DNA of 64,000 nt from a virus (lineage: Duplodnaviria > Caudoviricetes): positions 8,781 through 72,780 of IMG/VR virus record IMGVR_UViG_3300020440_000014. One strand, written 5' to 3'. Position numbers and translations under genes: made by a program. The notes below the pieces were generated by a model. That model saw nothing but the letters and a program-made list of their open reading frames with translations, was not told the origin of the DNA and made no database searches. This document shows positions 56,118 to 64,000 of this stretch, piece after piece; within the stretch, counting starts at the first letter, position 1, and each line of letters starts with the position of its first letter.

Positions 56118-56684
56118 ATGTCAAATTTTTTTGCTTTATCAATGACAAAATTCTTTCGTCTTATAGCAGATACATTTTTTGCACATAGATATGGACATAG
56201 AGCAGTTGTTCTAGAAACTATTGCTGGTGTACCTGGTATGGTAGCAGGCATGTGGATTCACTTAAAAAGTCTTAGACAAATGAAAACAGGACATGGTCCT
56301 ATGATACGTGAACTTTTAGCAGAAGCAGAAAATGAACGTATGCATCTTATGTTCTTCATAGAGATTACTAAACCAAATATCTTTGAGAGATATCTTGTTC
56401 TTTTTGCACAGGCAATCTTTTGGATATTCTATTTTGTTTTATATGTTTTATTCCCTAAAACAGCACATAGAATGATTCACCATTTCGAAGAAGAGGCAGT
56501 TAAATCGTATACAGAATATCTTGCTATGGTAGAATCTGGCGAAGTCGAAAACGTACCAGCACCAAAACTCGCAATTGATTATTATGGTATGTCTGAAGAC
56601 GCTAAACTATCTGATTTAATTAAAAAAGTTAGAGCAGACGAACAACACCATAGTGACATTAATTACAAATACTCAATCGAATAA
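56118..56684 (+). CDS. aox: Alternative oxidase (AOX; di-iron ubiquinol oxidase)
   Basis: LETIAGVPGMVAGM, EAENERMHL, EEEAVKSY and RADEQHH supply all di-iron ligands. The VPGM motif is AOX-type rather than PTOX-type (RVPYF). Confidence 0.92.
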   Translation: MSNFFALSMTKFFRLIADTFFAHRYGHRAVVLETIAGVPGMVAGMWIHLKSLRQMKTGHGPMIRELLAEAENERMHLMFFIEITKPNIFERYLVLFAQAIFWIFYFVLYVLFPKTAHRMIHHFEEEAVKSYTEYLAMVESGEVENVPAPKLAIDYYGMSEDAKLSDLIKKVRADEQHHSDINYKYSIE

Positions 56685-56733
56685 ATACTAAAAAGCACTT
56701 ACAATCCAAGTGTTTCTAGTGTATTATCCATAT

Positions 56734-57279
56734 ATGGCAGACAAAAAACAAAACGAACACTATGTCAATAACAAAGAGTTCACAACAGCAGTCGCCGAGC
56801 ATAACGAAGCAGTTAAACTCGCCGAATCAAAAGGAGAAACACCTCCAAGAATGTCCGACTACATAGGTGAATGCATTTATAAGATTGCTACTCGTCTATC
56901 TACTCGACCAAACTTCATTAACTATACTTACAGAGACGAAATGATTTGCGATGCAATCGAGAATTGTATACAATATATCGGCAACTTCAACAGAGAAAAA
57001 TCAAATAATGCTTTCGCATACATTACTCAGATTTGTTACTATGCATTTTTAAGAAGAATACAAAAAGAAAAGAAACAAGTATTCATTAAACAAGAAGTAT
57101 TAAAAGAAACAGGTATATCAGAAGCTGCTTTTGATACTATAGATGGTGATACTAGTGGCATGGTAAATTCAAATGTAGAATGGTTACAAGACAATTATAA
57201 TCCTGTTAACTACGAACCAAGAAAATCAAAGAGAGCAAAAACTAAAGAACAGAAAAACTTAGAAAAATTTACTGAATGA
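56734..57279 (+). CDS. gp55: Late transcription sigma factor
   Basis: HYVNNKEF, YIGECIYKIATRLS.RPNFINYTYRDEMI.DAIENC, NAFAYITQI.YYAFLRRI.KEKKQ. Start set to ATG 56734. Confidence 0.96.
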   Translation: MADKKQNEHYVNNKEFTTAVAEHNEAVKLAESKGETPPRMSDYIGECIYKIATRLSTRPNFINYTYRDEMICDAIENCIQYIGNFNREKSNNAFAYITQICYYAFLRRIQKEKKQVFIKQEVLKETGISEAAFDTIDGDTSGMVNSNVEWLQDNYNPVNYEPRKSKRAKTKEQKNLEKFTE

Positions 57280-58340
57280 AAATCGCAATACTGAATGATA
57301 CACATGCAGGTATAAGAGGCGACATGATAGAAATGTCTAATTATCAAGGACGTTTTTATAATGAAGTCTTTTTTCCTTATCTAGATAAACATGATATTAA
57401 ACATATCATCCATTTGGGTGATTACTTCGACAGAAGAAAGTATGTCAACTTTGCAAGTCTCAAAGCAAATCGTGAACACTTTATTAAACCTATGGTAGAA
57501 AGAGGCATTACTATGGATTTAATTTTAGGTAATCATGATGTTTATTACAAATCAACAAATAGTGTAAATAGTCCTGAACTTTTATTGTTTGAAGAAAATG
57601 TTAATATCATTTATGACCCTATTGTAAAAGAATATGATGGTTTTAATATTGCATTAGTACCATGGATTAACAATGAGAACTATGCAGACTCAGTTGACTT
57701 TTTACTCAGTGCAAATGCAAGTGTTTGTATGGGTCACTTTGAAATAGAAGGTGCATTGATGATGCCTGGTGCCGTGTGTTCACATGGATTAGATATCAGT
57801 TATCTAAAAAGATTTGAAAAAGTTTATAGTGGTCACTTTCATAGTAAATCAGAAGTTAAGAATTGTAGATATCTAGGTTCACAAATGCAATTTACTTGGT
57901 CAGATTATGGTGATGAAAAGTATTTTCACATCTTTGATACAGAAACAACAGAGATAAGTCCAATACACAACCCAATTAAAATGTTTGAAAAAGTTTTTTA
58001 TGATGATACAAAAGAAACATTTGAATCAATTGTTAATCAAGATTTCGAAAAGTATGCCAGCAAGTTTGTCAAAGTTATAGTTGTCAATAAAGATAATCCG
58101 TATTGGTTCGATGCTATGATTGATAAATTACACAAAGTCAATCCAATTCATTTATCAGTTGTTGATGACCACAAACATATGGACATGTTATCAGATGAAG
58201 ATATTGATGGTGTAGAAGACACTCTTACCATTCTTCACAAATATGTTGATAATTTAGAAGTACAAGGAGACAAAAACCAACTTACATCTTTAGTAACTTC
58301 CTTGTATAATGAAGCTTTAGACGAACATAACTATCTATGA
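57276..58340 (+). CDS. gp47: Recombination endonuclease subunit (Mre11/SbcD-like)
   Basis: DTHAG, HLGDYFDRRK, GNHD, GHFE, SGHFH metallophosphoesterase motifs. Confidence 0.96.
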   Translation: MKIAILNDTHAGIRGDMIEMSNYQGRFYNEVFFPYLDKHDIKHIIHLGDYFDRRKYVNFASLKANREHFIKPMVERGITMDLILGNHDVYYKSTNSVNSPELLLFEENVNIIYDPIVKEYDGFNIALVPWINNENYADSVDFLLSANASVCMGHFEIEGALMMPGAVCSHGLDISYLKRFEKVYSGHFHSKSEVKNCRYLGSQMQFTWSDYGDEKYFHIFDTETTEISPIHNPIKMFEKVFYDDTKETFESIVNQDFEKYASKFVKVIVVNKDNPYWFDAMIDKLHKVNPIHLSVVDDHKHMDMLSDEDIDGVEDTLTILHKYVDNLEVQGDKNQLTSLVTSLYNEALDEHNYL

Positions 58341-60055
58341 TAAAATTTAAATCAGTTAGATGGAAGAACTTACTTTCATCTGGCAACAAGTTTACTACCA
58401 TTGAATTAGACCGCTCACAAACCACATTAATAGTGGGTGAAAATGGTGCAGGTAAGTCAACACTACTCGATGCATTGTGTTTTGGTTTATATGGTAAAGG
58501 TTTTAGAAATCTCAAAAAAGACCTTCTCATAAATTCAATCAATCAAAAAGACCTAATTGTAGAAATAGAATTCTCAGTAGGCAAAAAGAACTACAAAGTC
58601 ATTCGTGGTGCCAAACCCAATAAGTTTGAATTGTATCTTGGTAACGTTTTAATCAATCAAGATGCAACCATGAGAGACTATCAAGACCATCTAGAATCGA
58701 ACATACTCAAAATGAGTCATCGTTCTTTTACTCAGGTGGCAATTCTAGGGTCTGCTAACTTTACTCCGTTTATGCAACTTCGTGCTAGAGATAGAAGAAA
58801 GTTGGTTGAAGACTTACTAGACATATCAATCTTTTCGACTATGAAAGATATACTCAGAAAAAAGATTGCGAATCATAATGTTGAAGTGAAAGAAACCAGT
58901 CATGAAATTGACCTTTTGGAAGAAAGAATCAATGGTTTAAATGAACAGCTTTCTGCTCTTCAGAAAAATCGTGACGAACAAGTTTTAAAGTATGAATCTA
59001 CCGTGAATGAAACCCAAGATAACATATCATCAATCATGGAGCAAATAGATGAAAAGACGGAAAATGTGGTGGAGAAAAAATCCACTATCGAGGATAGCAT
59101 TTCTCAGAAAGATAGATTACAACAAGCAAATGAACTGGAGAGAAAACTCTCAGAGAATTACAAGAAAGCAATTAGAGATGTTAAATTCTATGAAGAAAAC
59201 GAAGAATGTCCAACATGTAAACAAGGTCTAGATGAAGAACATAAAAAGCAACATATTGCAGAACGAGAAGAGAAGGCAACTGAAATAAAAACAGCACTTG
59301 GTCAAATTGCAAAAACAATAGGCGAATCTCAAACTAGATTAGAAGAAATCAGAGAAGTTCAAGATAAAATAGAAGAACTTCAAAGAGAAATAGGTTTAAT
59401 GCAGACAGAAGTCACTTCTAATCAAAAGTATATCAAAAAACTCCAAAGTCAAATAGATGACCTAAAGAAAGATATATCAGGCGATGATGATGTTTCTGAT
59501 AAATTGCTTGATAGTGAAGACTCTTTAAGCAAACTCATTGCAAAAAAAGAAGACTTAACCAACAGAAGTCACTATTTTGAAATTGCAACACTTTTATTAA
59601 GAGACGAAGGTATCAAATCTAAAATAATCAAACAATATGTTCCTATCATGAACAAGATGATTAATAAGTATCTTGCTAATTTAGAGTTTTATGTTGGTTT
59701 TGAACTCGATGAAAACTTCGAAGAAACAATTAAGTCCAGATTCCGTGATGTATTTAAGTATGATAACTTCTCTCAAGGCGAGAAGATGAGAATTGACCTT
59801 GCACTTTTATTTACTTGGAGAGCAATAGCAAGAATGAAGAATTCAGTAAACACTAATTTGTTGATTCTTGATGAGGTATTTGATTCATCATTAGACAATC
59901 AAGGTACAGATGACTTCTTAAGATTATTAAATACATTGACAGAAAAGACTAACGCATTTATAATATCACATAAAGGAGATGCACTTTACGATAAGTTTGA
60001 TGAGGTTATCAAATTTGAGAAACATAAGAACTTTAGTCGTATATCAACCGCATAA
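58337..60055 (+). CDS. gp46: Recombination ATPase subunit (Rad50/SbcC-like)
   Basis: GENGAGKST (Walker A), CPTC zinc hook, FSQGEKMRIDLAL signature, LILDEVFD, ISH. Confidence 0.96.
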   Translation: MIKFKSVRWKNLLSSGNKFTTIELDRSQTTLIVGENGAGKSTLLDALCFGLYGKGFRNLKKDLLINSINQKDLIVEIEFSVGKKNYKVIRGAKPNKFELYLGNVLINQDATMRDYQDHLESNILKMSHRSFTQVAILGSANFTPFMQLRARDRRKLVEDLLDISIFSTMKDILRKKIANHNVEVKETSHEIDLLEERINGLNEQLSALQKNRDEQVLKYESTVNETQDNISSIMEQIDEKTENVVEKKSTIEDSISQKDRLQQANELERKLSENYKKAIRDVKFYEENEECPTCKQGLDEEHKKQHIAEREEKATEIKTALGQIAKTIGESQTRLEEIREVQDKIEELQREIGLMQTEVTSNQKYIKKLQSQIDDLKKDISGDDDVSDKLLDSEDSLSKLIAKKEDLTNRSHYFEIATLLLRDEGIKSKIIKQYVPIMNKMINKYLANLEFYVGFELDENFEETIKSRFRDVFKYDNFSQGEKMRIDLALLFTWRAIARMKNSVNTNLLILDEVFDSSLDNQGTDDFLRLLNTLTEKTNAFIISHKGDALYDKFDEVIKFEKHKNFSRISTA

Positions 60056-60063
60056 ATATCAGT

Positions 60064-60702
60064 ATGTATGAATTAGTAGAAGAAGCAAGTAAGGTATTAA
60101 GAACACCACCACCCGAATTCGATTTCGAAAATCCAAAAGAGGACCCAAAAGAAATCGAAAAAAACATGGTAGAAGCAATGAAAAAATTTGGCGGTATTGG
60201 TCTATCTGCTAATCAAGTAGGGTTACCTTATAAAATGTTTGTTATGGACACTCAAGATAAAGGACCTGTAGGATTTTTTAATCCAAAAATTACAAAAGCG
60301 TCTTCAGATACAGAAAACATGAAAGAGGGGTGTTTATCTTTCCAAGACATATACGTAATGATAAAAAGGTCAAAAGTAATAGAACTAACATATCAAGATT
60401 CTGATGCTAAAGAACATACATTGGTTTTATCTGGTATGGCTGCTAGATGTGTGCAACATGAATGCGACCATTTAAATGGAGTTTTATTCATACAACGTGC
60501 ATCAAGATTGAAAATCGAGAGAGCACTAAAATCAAGACCAAAAGAAAGAAAGAAAAGACTAGAATATGAAAAGAGAATTGCAATGGCCAAGTTCATCGCA
60601 GAGCAACAAAAACAACTTGAAGAGTCAAGAACAAACTCAAGTGATAAATCTGAAGGAGAAGGAAATACTGGAACCTCAGATGATAAAGTTGCTCAGACCT
60701 GA
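60064..60702 (+). CDS. def: Peptide deformylase
   Basis: GIGLSANQVG, EGCLS and QHECDH motifs. Late promoter variant CATAAATA at 60051. Confidence 0.93.
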   Translation: MYELVEEASKVLRTPPPEFDFENPKEDPKEIEKNMVEAMKKFGGIGLSANQVGLPYKMFVMDTQDKGPVGFFNPKITKASSDTENMKEGCLSFQDIYVMIKRSKVIELTYQDSDAKEHTLVLSGMAARCVQHECDHLNGVLFIQRASRLKIERALKSRPKERKKRLEYEKRIAMAKFIAEQQKQLEESRTNSSDKSEGEGNTGTSDDKVAQT

Positions 60703-61294
60703 ACTTTGTACTGAATTAATCCAATACTATAAAGAACATGAACACATGATAAATGTGGGAAATGGTAGCGACTATTATGGTATTCGTTTCTTAACAATTC
60801 ATACACAATGGGTTAGAGATTTAATATTTCAAGTAATTTATGATTTAGTAGGCAGAATCAGAGTTACAAACGACCAACTAGTTTATCCTGAAATGATTGC
60901 AATCAATAAATGGCCCAAAGGCGGTTTTCAAGACCCACATTTAGATACGTATTCAAATCAAGAAATGATGCATGGAACAACTTCTGAGCACGTCTCCAGA
61001 GAGTGGACATGCATACTTTATCTAAATGATAACTACAGAGGGGGTCGCACTTACGTACCAGACACCCAAGTTTATGAACCAAAAACAGGTCATGGTCTTC
61101 TATTTCAAGGGGTAAACATACCTCATGGAGTGCAAAAAGTTCGAAGAAACGATAGATATACAATATCTTTTTGGTTCAGTTCAGACCCAAGTAAACAAAT
61201 GATTCAAAGTCCTATCAGACATAATCCTGAAGAAGATATAAACGAAGATTCTGTTCGTTTAATTCCAGAACTTGCTTATCGCAACACCAACTAA
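60680..61294 (+). CDS. 2OG-Fe(II) oxygenase, prolyl-4-hydroxylase-like
   Basis: KWPKGGFQDPHLD, CILYLNDNYRGG, G.GLLF...HGV..V...DRYTISFW. Start set to ATG 60680. Confidence 0.88.
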   Translation: MIKLLRPELCTELIQYYKEHEHMINVGNGSDYYGIRFLTIHTQWVRDLIFQVIYDLVGRIRVTNDQLVYPEMIAINKWPKGGFQDPHLDTYSNQEMMHGTTSEHVSREWTCILYLNDNYRGGRTYVPDTQVYEPKTGHGLLFQGVNIPHGVQKVRRNDRYTISFWFSSDPSKQMIQSPIRHNPEEDINEDSVRLIPELAYRNTN

Positions 61295-61297
61295 AGC

Positions 61298-61327
61298 TTG
61301 ACAATAGACCTACTTTTATAGTAGGAT
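61298..61327 (+). promoter_or_regulatory. Host sigma70-type (early) promoter TTGACA-N18-TAGGAT
   Basis: Perfect -35 hexamer; near-identical copy at 61587; AAGGAG RBS downstream. Confidence 0.7.
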
Positions 61328-61354
61328 ACTCCCATTCAATAAAAGGAGTATATT

Positions 61355-61579
61355 ATGAGTCATTTTTCAAACGATTTAATTGCCGATAGAGTAATATCAA
61401 ATGTAGCGGACATGTCAGACTTTCAAGTCTTAGATTCGCTTTCTGACGATTTCAACATTGCATCACTAATTAATGCAGAAGATGTCAACAATCCAGATGC
61501 ATTTATGGAAAACAAAAGAAATCTATTGGTAGAGTTAATGTTCGAACAAGAAGTAGAAATACCTGGTCCTTGGGGCTAA
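61355..61579 (+). CDS. Small hypothetical (early) protein
   Basis: AAGGAG RBS; flanked by two early promoters. Confidence 0.65.
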   Translation: MSHFSNDLIADRVISNVADMSDFQVLDSLSDDFNIASLINAEDVNNPDAFMENKRNLLVELMFEQEVEIPGPWG

Positions 61580-61586
61580 TCAATGC

Positions 61587-61616
61587 TTGACAATGACCTC
61601 TATTTTTTGTTAGGAT
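61587..61616 (+). promoter_or_regulatory. Host sigma70-type (early) promoter TTGACA-N18-TAGGAT with extended -10 TG
   Basis: GCTTGACAATGACCTCTATTTTTTGTTAGGATA. Confidence 0.7.
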
Positions 61617-61622
61617 AACCAC

Positions 61623-63995
61623 ATGATAAACGAAAACTTAAAAACACAGAAATCTAATCTTGCGAAGTTGATGGCTTCTGAGAACATTACGGTTCTTCAT
61701 AAGAAGATACCTACTGCATATTTTGATGTAAAGAACAGAGTGCTTGCTTGTCCTACTTTCAAAGATGATATGTCAAATGAACTTTATGACTTGTTTATGG
61801 GTCATGAAGTTGGTCATGCATTACATACACCTTATGAAGGTTTACATTCAACTCTAAAAGATAATGCAACTCTTAAAGGTTATCTTAACGTTGTTGAAGA
61901 TGTCAGAATTGAAAGAAAAATTAGAGAAAGGTTTTCAGGTCTTAGAAAATCATTTTTCAAAGCATACGATGAATTGATGCAGAGAGACTTCTTTGGTTTG
62001 AATGGTAGAGATTTACAGACACTATCATTGATTGACAAAATCAATCTTATTACAAAATGTGGTTCTAGAGTTTCAATCACCCTTACAGATGAAGAGAAAG
62101 TATTCTTAGAAGCGGCAGAAAAATGTGAAACATGGGAAGACGTTGTTCAAGTTGCTACTGCAATCTATGAGTGGTCAAAAGAAAACGAAGTCAGAGACCA
62201 AAAAGACGAAGCAATCACAAACACTCACTATCTACCAGAAGATGAAGATGAAGATAATGAGTATGATGAAGACTTCGAAGAACAAATGTCAGATGGTTAC
62301 GGCGATGATGAAGAAGACGAAGATGGTGAAGAACTAGAAACTGAAGAAAAAGCAAATGGCGACAAACTTCCAGAAATTGATGAAGAAGATGAAGAAGTTG
62401 AAGAAGAGTCTGATAAAGAACTTGGTAAAAAAGGTGGTGCAGGCAGTCACGATGATGAAGATGGTGCTAGAGAGGCATTGACAGAACACTTTGCACATAA
62501 CAATGAAGACCAGTTCATCGATGAGAATGCAGTCGCAAAAACATATTTTCAACCTAAGAATTTTGATGAACTTGGTAACAACATTGTTTATTCTTACAAA
62601 AGAGTTATTAAAGATTGGGAAGATTACACAAAAAAACTTTCTTATAAAGTTCAATCTGCTGACTCTTACGATAAAGAATACAATCAAAAAGAATTGGACA
62701 CAATACTAACTATGGGTCCAAAAATGAGAAACTATTTCAAAAACAAAAACAAAAAGATTGTTGCTCACATGGCAAAAGAATTTGAAATGAGACAAACTGC
62801 TCAAAAGGCAATCAAAGCTCAAGTCGCAAAATCTGGTGAATTAGATATGAACAAACTTGCTAAGTATCAGATTATTGACGATGTTTTCAAAAGAGTTACT
62901 TACGTTCCTGAGGGTCAAAACCATGGTGTAAACGTTCTTGTAGATTGGTCTGGTTCAATTTGCAGAGAAGTCAAAGACATCATAGAACAATTTGTAATAC
63001 TTGCAGAGTTCTGTAATAAAGTAAACATACCTTTCAGAGTATATCTATTCTCAGACCACATCTTGAGTAGTGATGACAAATATTCATACGTTTCTAATGG
63101 TGCGGCTCTCGTTGAAATATTTTCAAATGAAATGCCTGCCAGACAATATGTAAAAATGTTAGAAATTGTTGGTCTTATTTACCTAACATACTGGCACGAC
63201 AGCGTAGGTTATAATAGCTGGTATGACAATGACGATGATAATCCAAAGTATAATGAAATAACATCAGCAACTGGTTTATCAATGAGAGAGTTAGATTCAA
63301 AAATGGTCTATCACATGGGTCCTCACAATTACAGATTGGGCGGCACACCTCTTGATACATGTCTTGTTGGTTTAAGAAAAATTCTTCCAGAGTTCAACAA
63401 AAAATACAATGTTGAGAAATCAATTCTCACCGTTATCACTGACGGATTTTCTCATGGTGCTGATTGTCTTTACGAACAATCTGAAGAGAGAGACGAATTT
63501 AGGTCTCAGTGTGAAAACGGAGATACATGGAGTATCAAAAGAGAGAGATATTTGATTGACCCAATAACTAAAAAACCTTTTATCTATTCTACAAACGGTG
63601 GTTATGAAAGAAATGGTTTTAAACAAACTCAAAATCTTTTAGACTGGCTTTCAAAAACATGCCATGTATCAGTAACAGGTTATTTCATCTTTTCTAAGAA
63701 AAGAGAATTTCTCAATTCATTATCAATCATGTTATCAAATGATGACTATTGGAAACTAGACAAAGATGCAATGTGGAGAGATACAAGAAAAACAGGATAC
63801 GTTCTTGAAATTCCGGGTTACAACAAATTATTCCTACAAGGAAATACCAGTTTGTCTGCCTCTTCAGACGATGGATTATCCGAAGAACTTGAGGGTGCTA
63901 AGAAAGGTAGAATCTTGGCGGCTTTTAAGAAAAACCAAAAATCTAAAACAACAACTAGATTTTTGACAACTGAATTTATTAAGGAGATTGCATAA
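61623..63995 (+). CDS. HEXXH metallopeptidase-like domain, acidic linker and VWA domain (CobT-like partner of a MoxR/CobS AAA+ ATPase)
   Basis: LFMGHEVGHALHT, NVVEDVRIE, a D/E-rich linker, VDWSGS (MIDAS), GGTPL and ITDG. Confidence 0.8.
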   Translation: MINENLKTQKSNLAKLMASENITVLHKKIPTAYFDVKNRVLACPTFKDDMSNELYDLFMGHEVGHALHTPYEGLHSTLKDNATLKGYLNVVEDVRIERKIRERFSGLRKSFFKAYDELMQRDFFGLNGRDLQTLSLIDKINLITKCGSRVSITLTDEEKVFLEAAEKCETWEDVVQVATAIYEWSKENEVRDQKDEAITNTHYLPEDEDEDNEYDEDFEEQMSDGYGDDEEDEDGEELETEEKANGDKLPEIDEEDEEVEEESDKELGKKGGAGSHDDEDGAREALTEHFAHNNEDQFIDENAVAKTYFQPKNFDELGNNIVYSYKRVIKDWEDYTKKLSYKVQSADSYDKEYNQKELDTILTMGPKMRNYFKNKNKKIVAHMAKEFEMRQTAQKAIKAQVAKSGELDMNKLAKYQIIDDVFKRVTYVPEGQNHGVNVLVDWSGSICREVKDIIEQFVILAEFCNKVNIPFRVYLFSDHILSSDDKYSYVSNGAALVEIFSNEMPARQYVKMLEIVGLIYLTYWHDSVGYNSWYDNDDDNPKYNEITSATGLSMRELDSKMVYHMGPHNYRLGGTPLDTCLVGLRKILPEFNKKYNVEKSILTVITDGFSHGADCLYEQSEERDEFRSQCENGDTWSIKRERYLIDPITKKPFIYSTNGGYERNGFKQTQNLLDWLSKTCHVSVTGYFIFSKKREFLNSLSIMLSNDDYWKLDKDAMWRDTRKTGYVLEIPGYNKLFLQGNTSLSASSDDGLSEELEGAKKGRILAAFKKNQKSKTTTRFLTTEFIKEIA

Positions 63996-64000
63996 TGGAT

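Noticed and set aside
56118-56684. PTOX / cyanophage assignment
   Set aside because: The motif is VPGM (AOX-type), not RVPYF, and no psbA, hli or other cyanophage marker genes are in this window.
3674-60680. Upstream starts in the ORF track for gp5 (3674), gp25 (4959), 47122, 55768, gp55 (56710) and 60566
   Set aside because: They extend into upstream genes or past promoters; downstream ATGs fit conserved N-termini and translational coupling better.
614-63966. The remaining short minus-strand and off-frame ORFs in the track
   Set aside because: They are shadows of well-supported plus-strand genes, with no RBS and no recognisable motifs.
1-64000. tRNA, rRNA, integrase/transposase or intron/intein
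   Set aside because: No cloverleaf, rRNA-like or mobile-element signature was recognised; core genes (gp17, gp20, gp23, gp46, uvsW) are uninterrupted and of normal length.

Overview
This AT-rich 64-kb window comes from a T4-like myovirus. Gene order and content resemble marine T4-like phages of the pelagiphage HTVC008M / Kyanoviridae type; no photosynthesis genes are present in the window. Almost everything is on the + strand. From left to right it holds: a partial gp4 (minus strand), the baseplate module (gp48, gp53, hub, lysozyme-less gp5, gp25, gp6, gp7, gp8), a 2234-aa VrlC/DUF4815-like virion protein, and a roughly 12-kb tail-fibre/accessory virion region that includes four unusual Q/P/Y/R-rich repeat proteins. 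Next come a glycosyltransferase plus 2OG-Fe(II) oxygenase cassette, the neck/terminase/tail/head module (gp13-gp23, with a PRMT-like methyltransferase between gp16 and gp17), then gp3, uvsY, uvsW, an alternative oxidase, gp55, gp47/gp46, a peptide deformylase and an HEXXH/VWA protein. The best leads are: (1) a glutamine-I (glnA-type) riboswitch behind a phage late promoter, in front of an unannotated 39-aa DUF4278-like YRG peptide just after gp23; (2) a candidate virion post-translational modification system, in which Pro/Arg/Tyr-rich repeat proteins lie next to a glycosyltransferase and prolyl-hydroxylase-like oxygenases; (3) a leader with three AGUGA-loop hairpins; (4) a phage-encoded AOX preceded by a string of tiny ORFs. 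All family assignments come from motif recognition by eye; no database searches were run.
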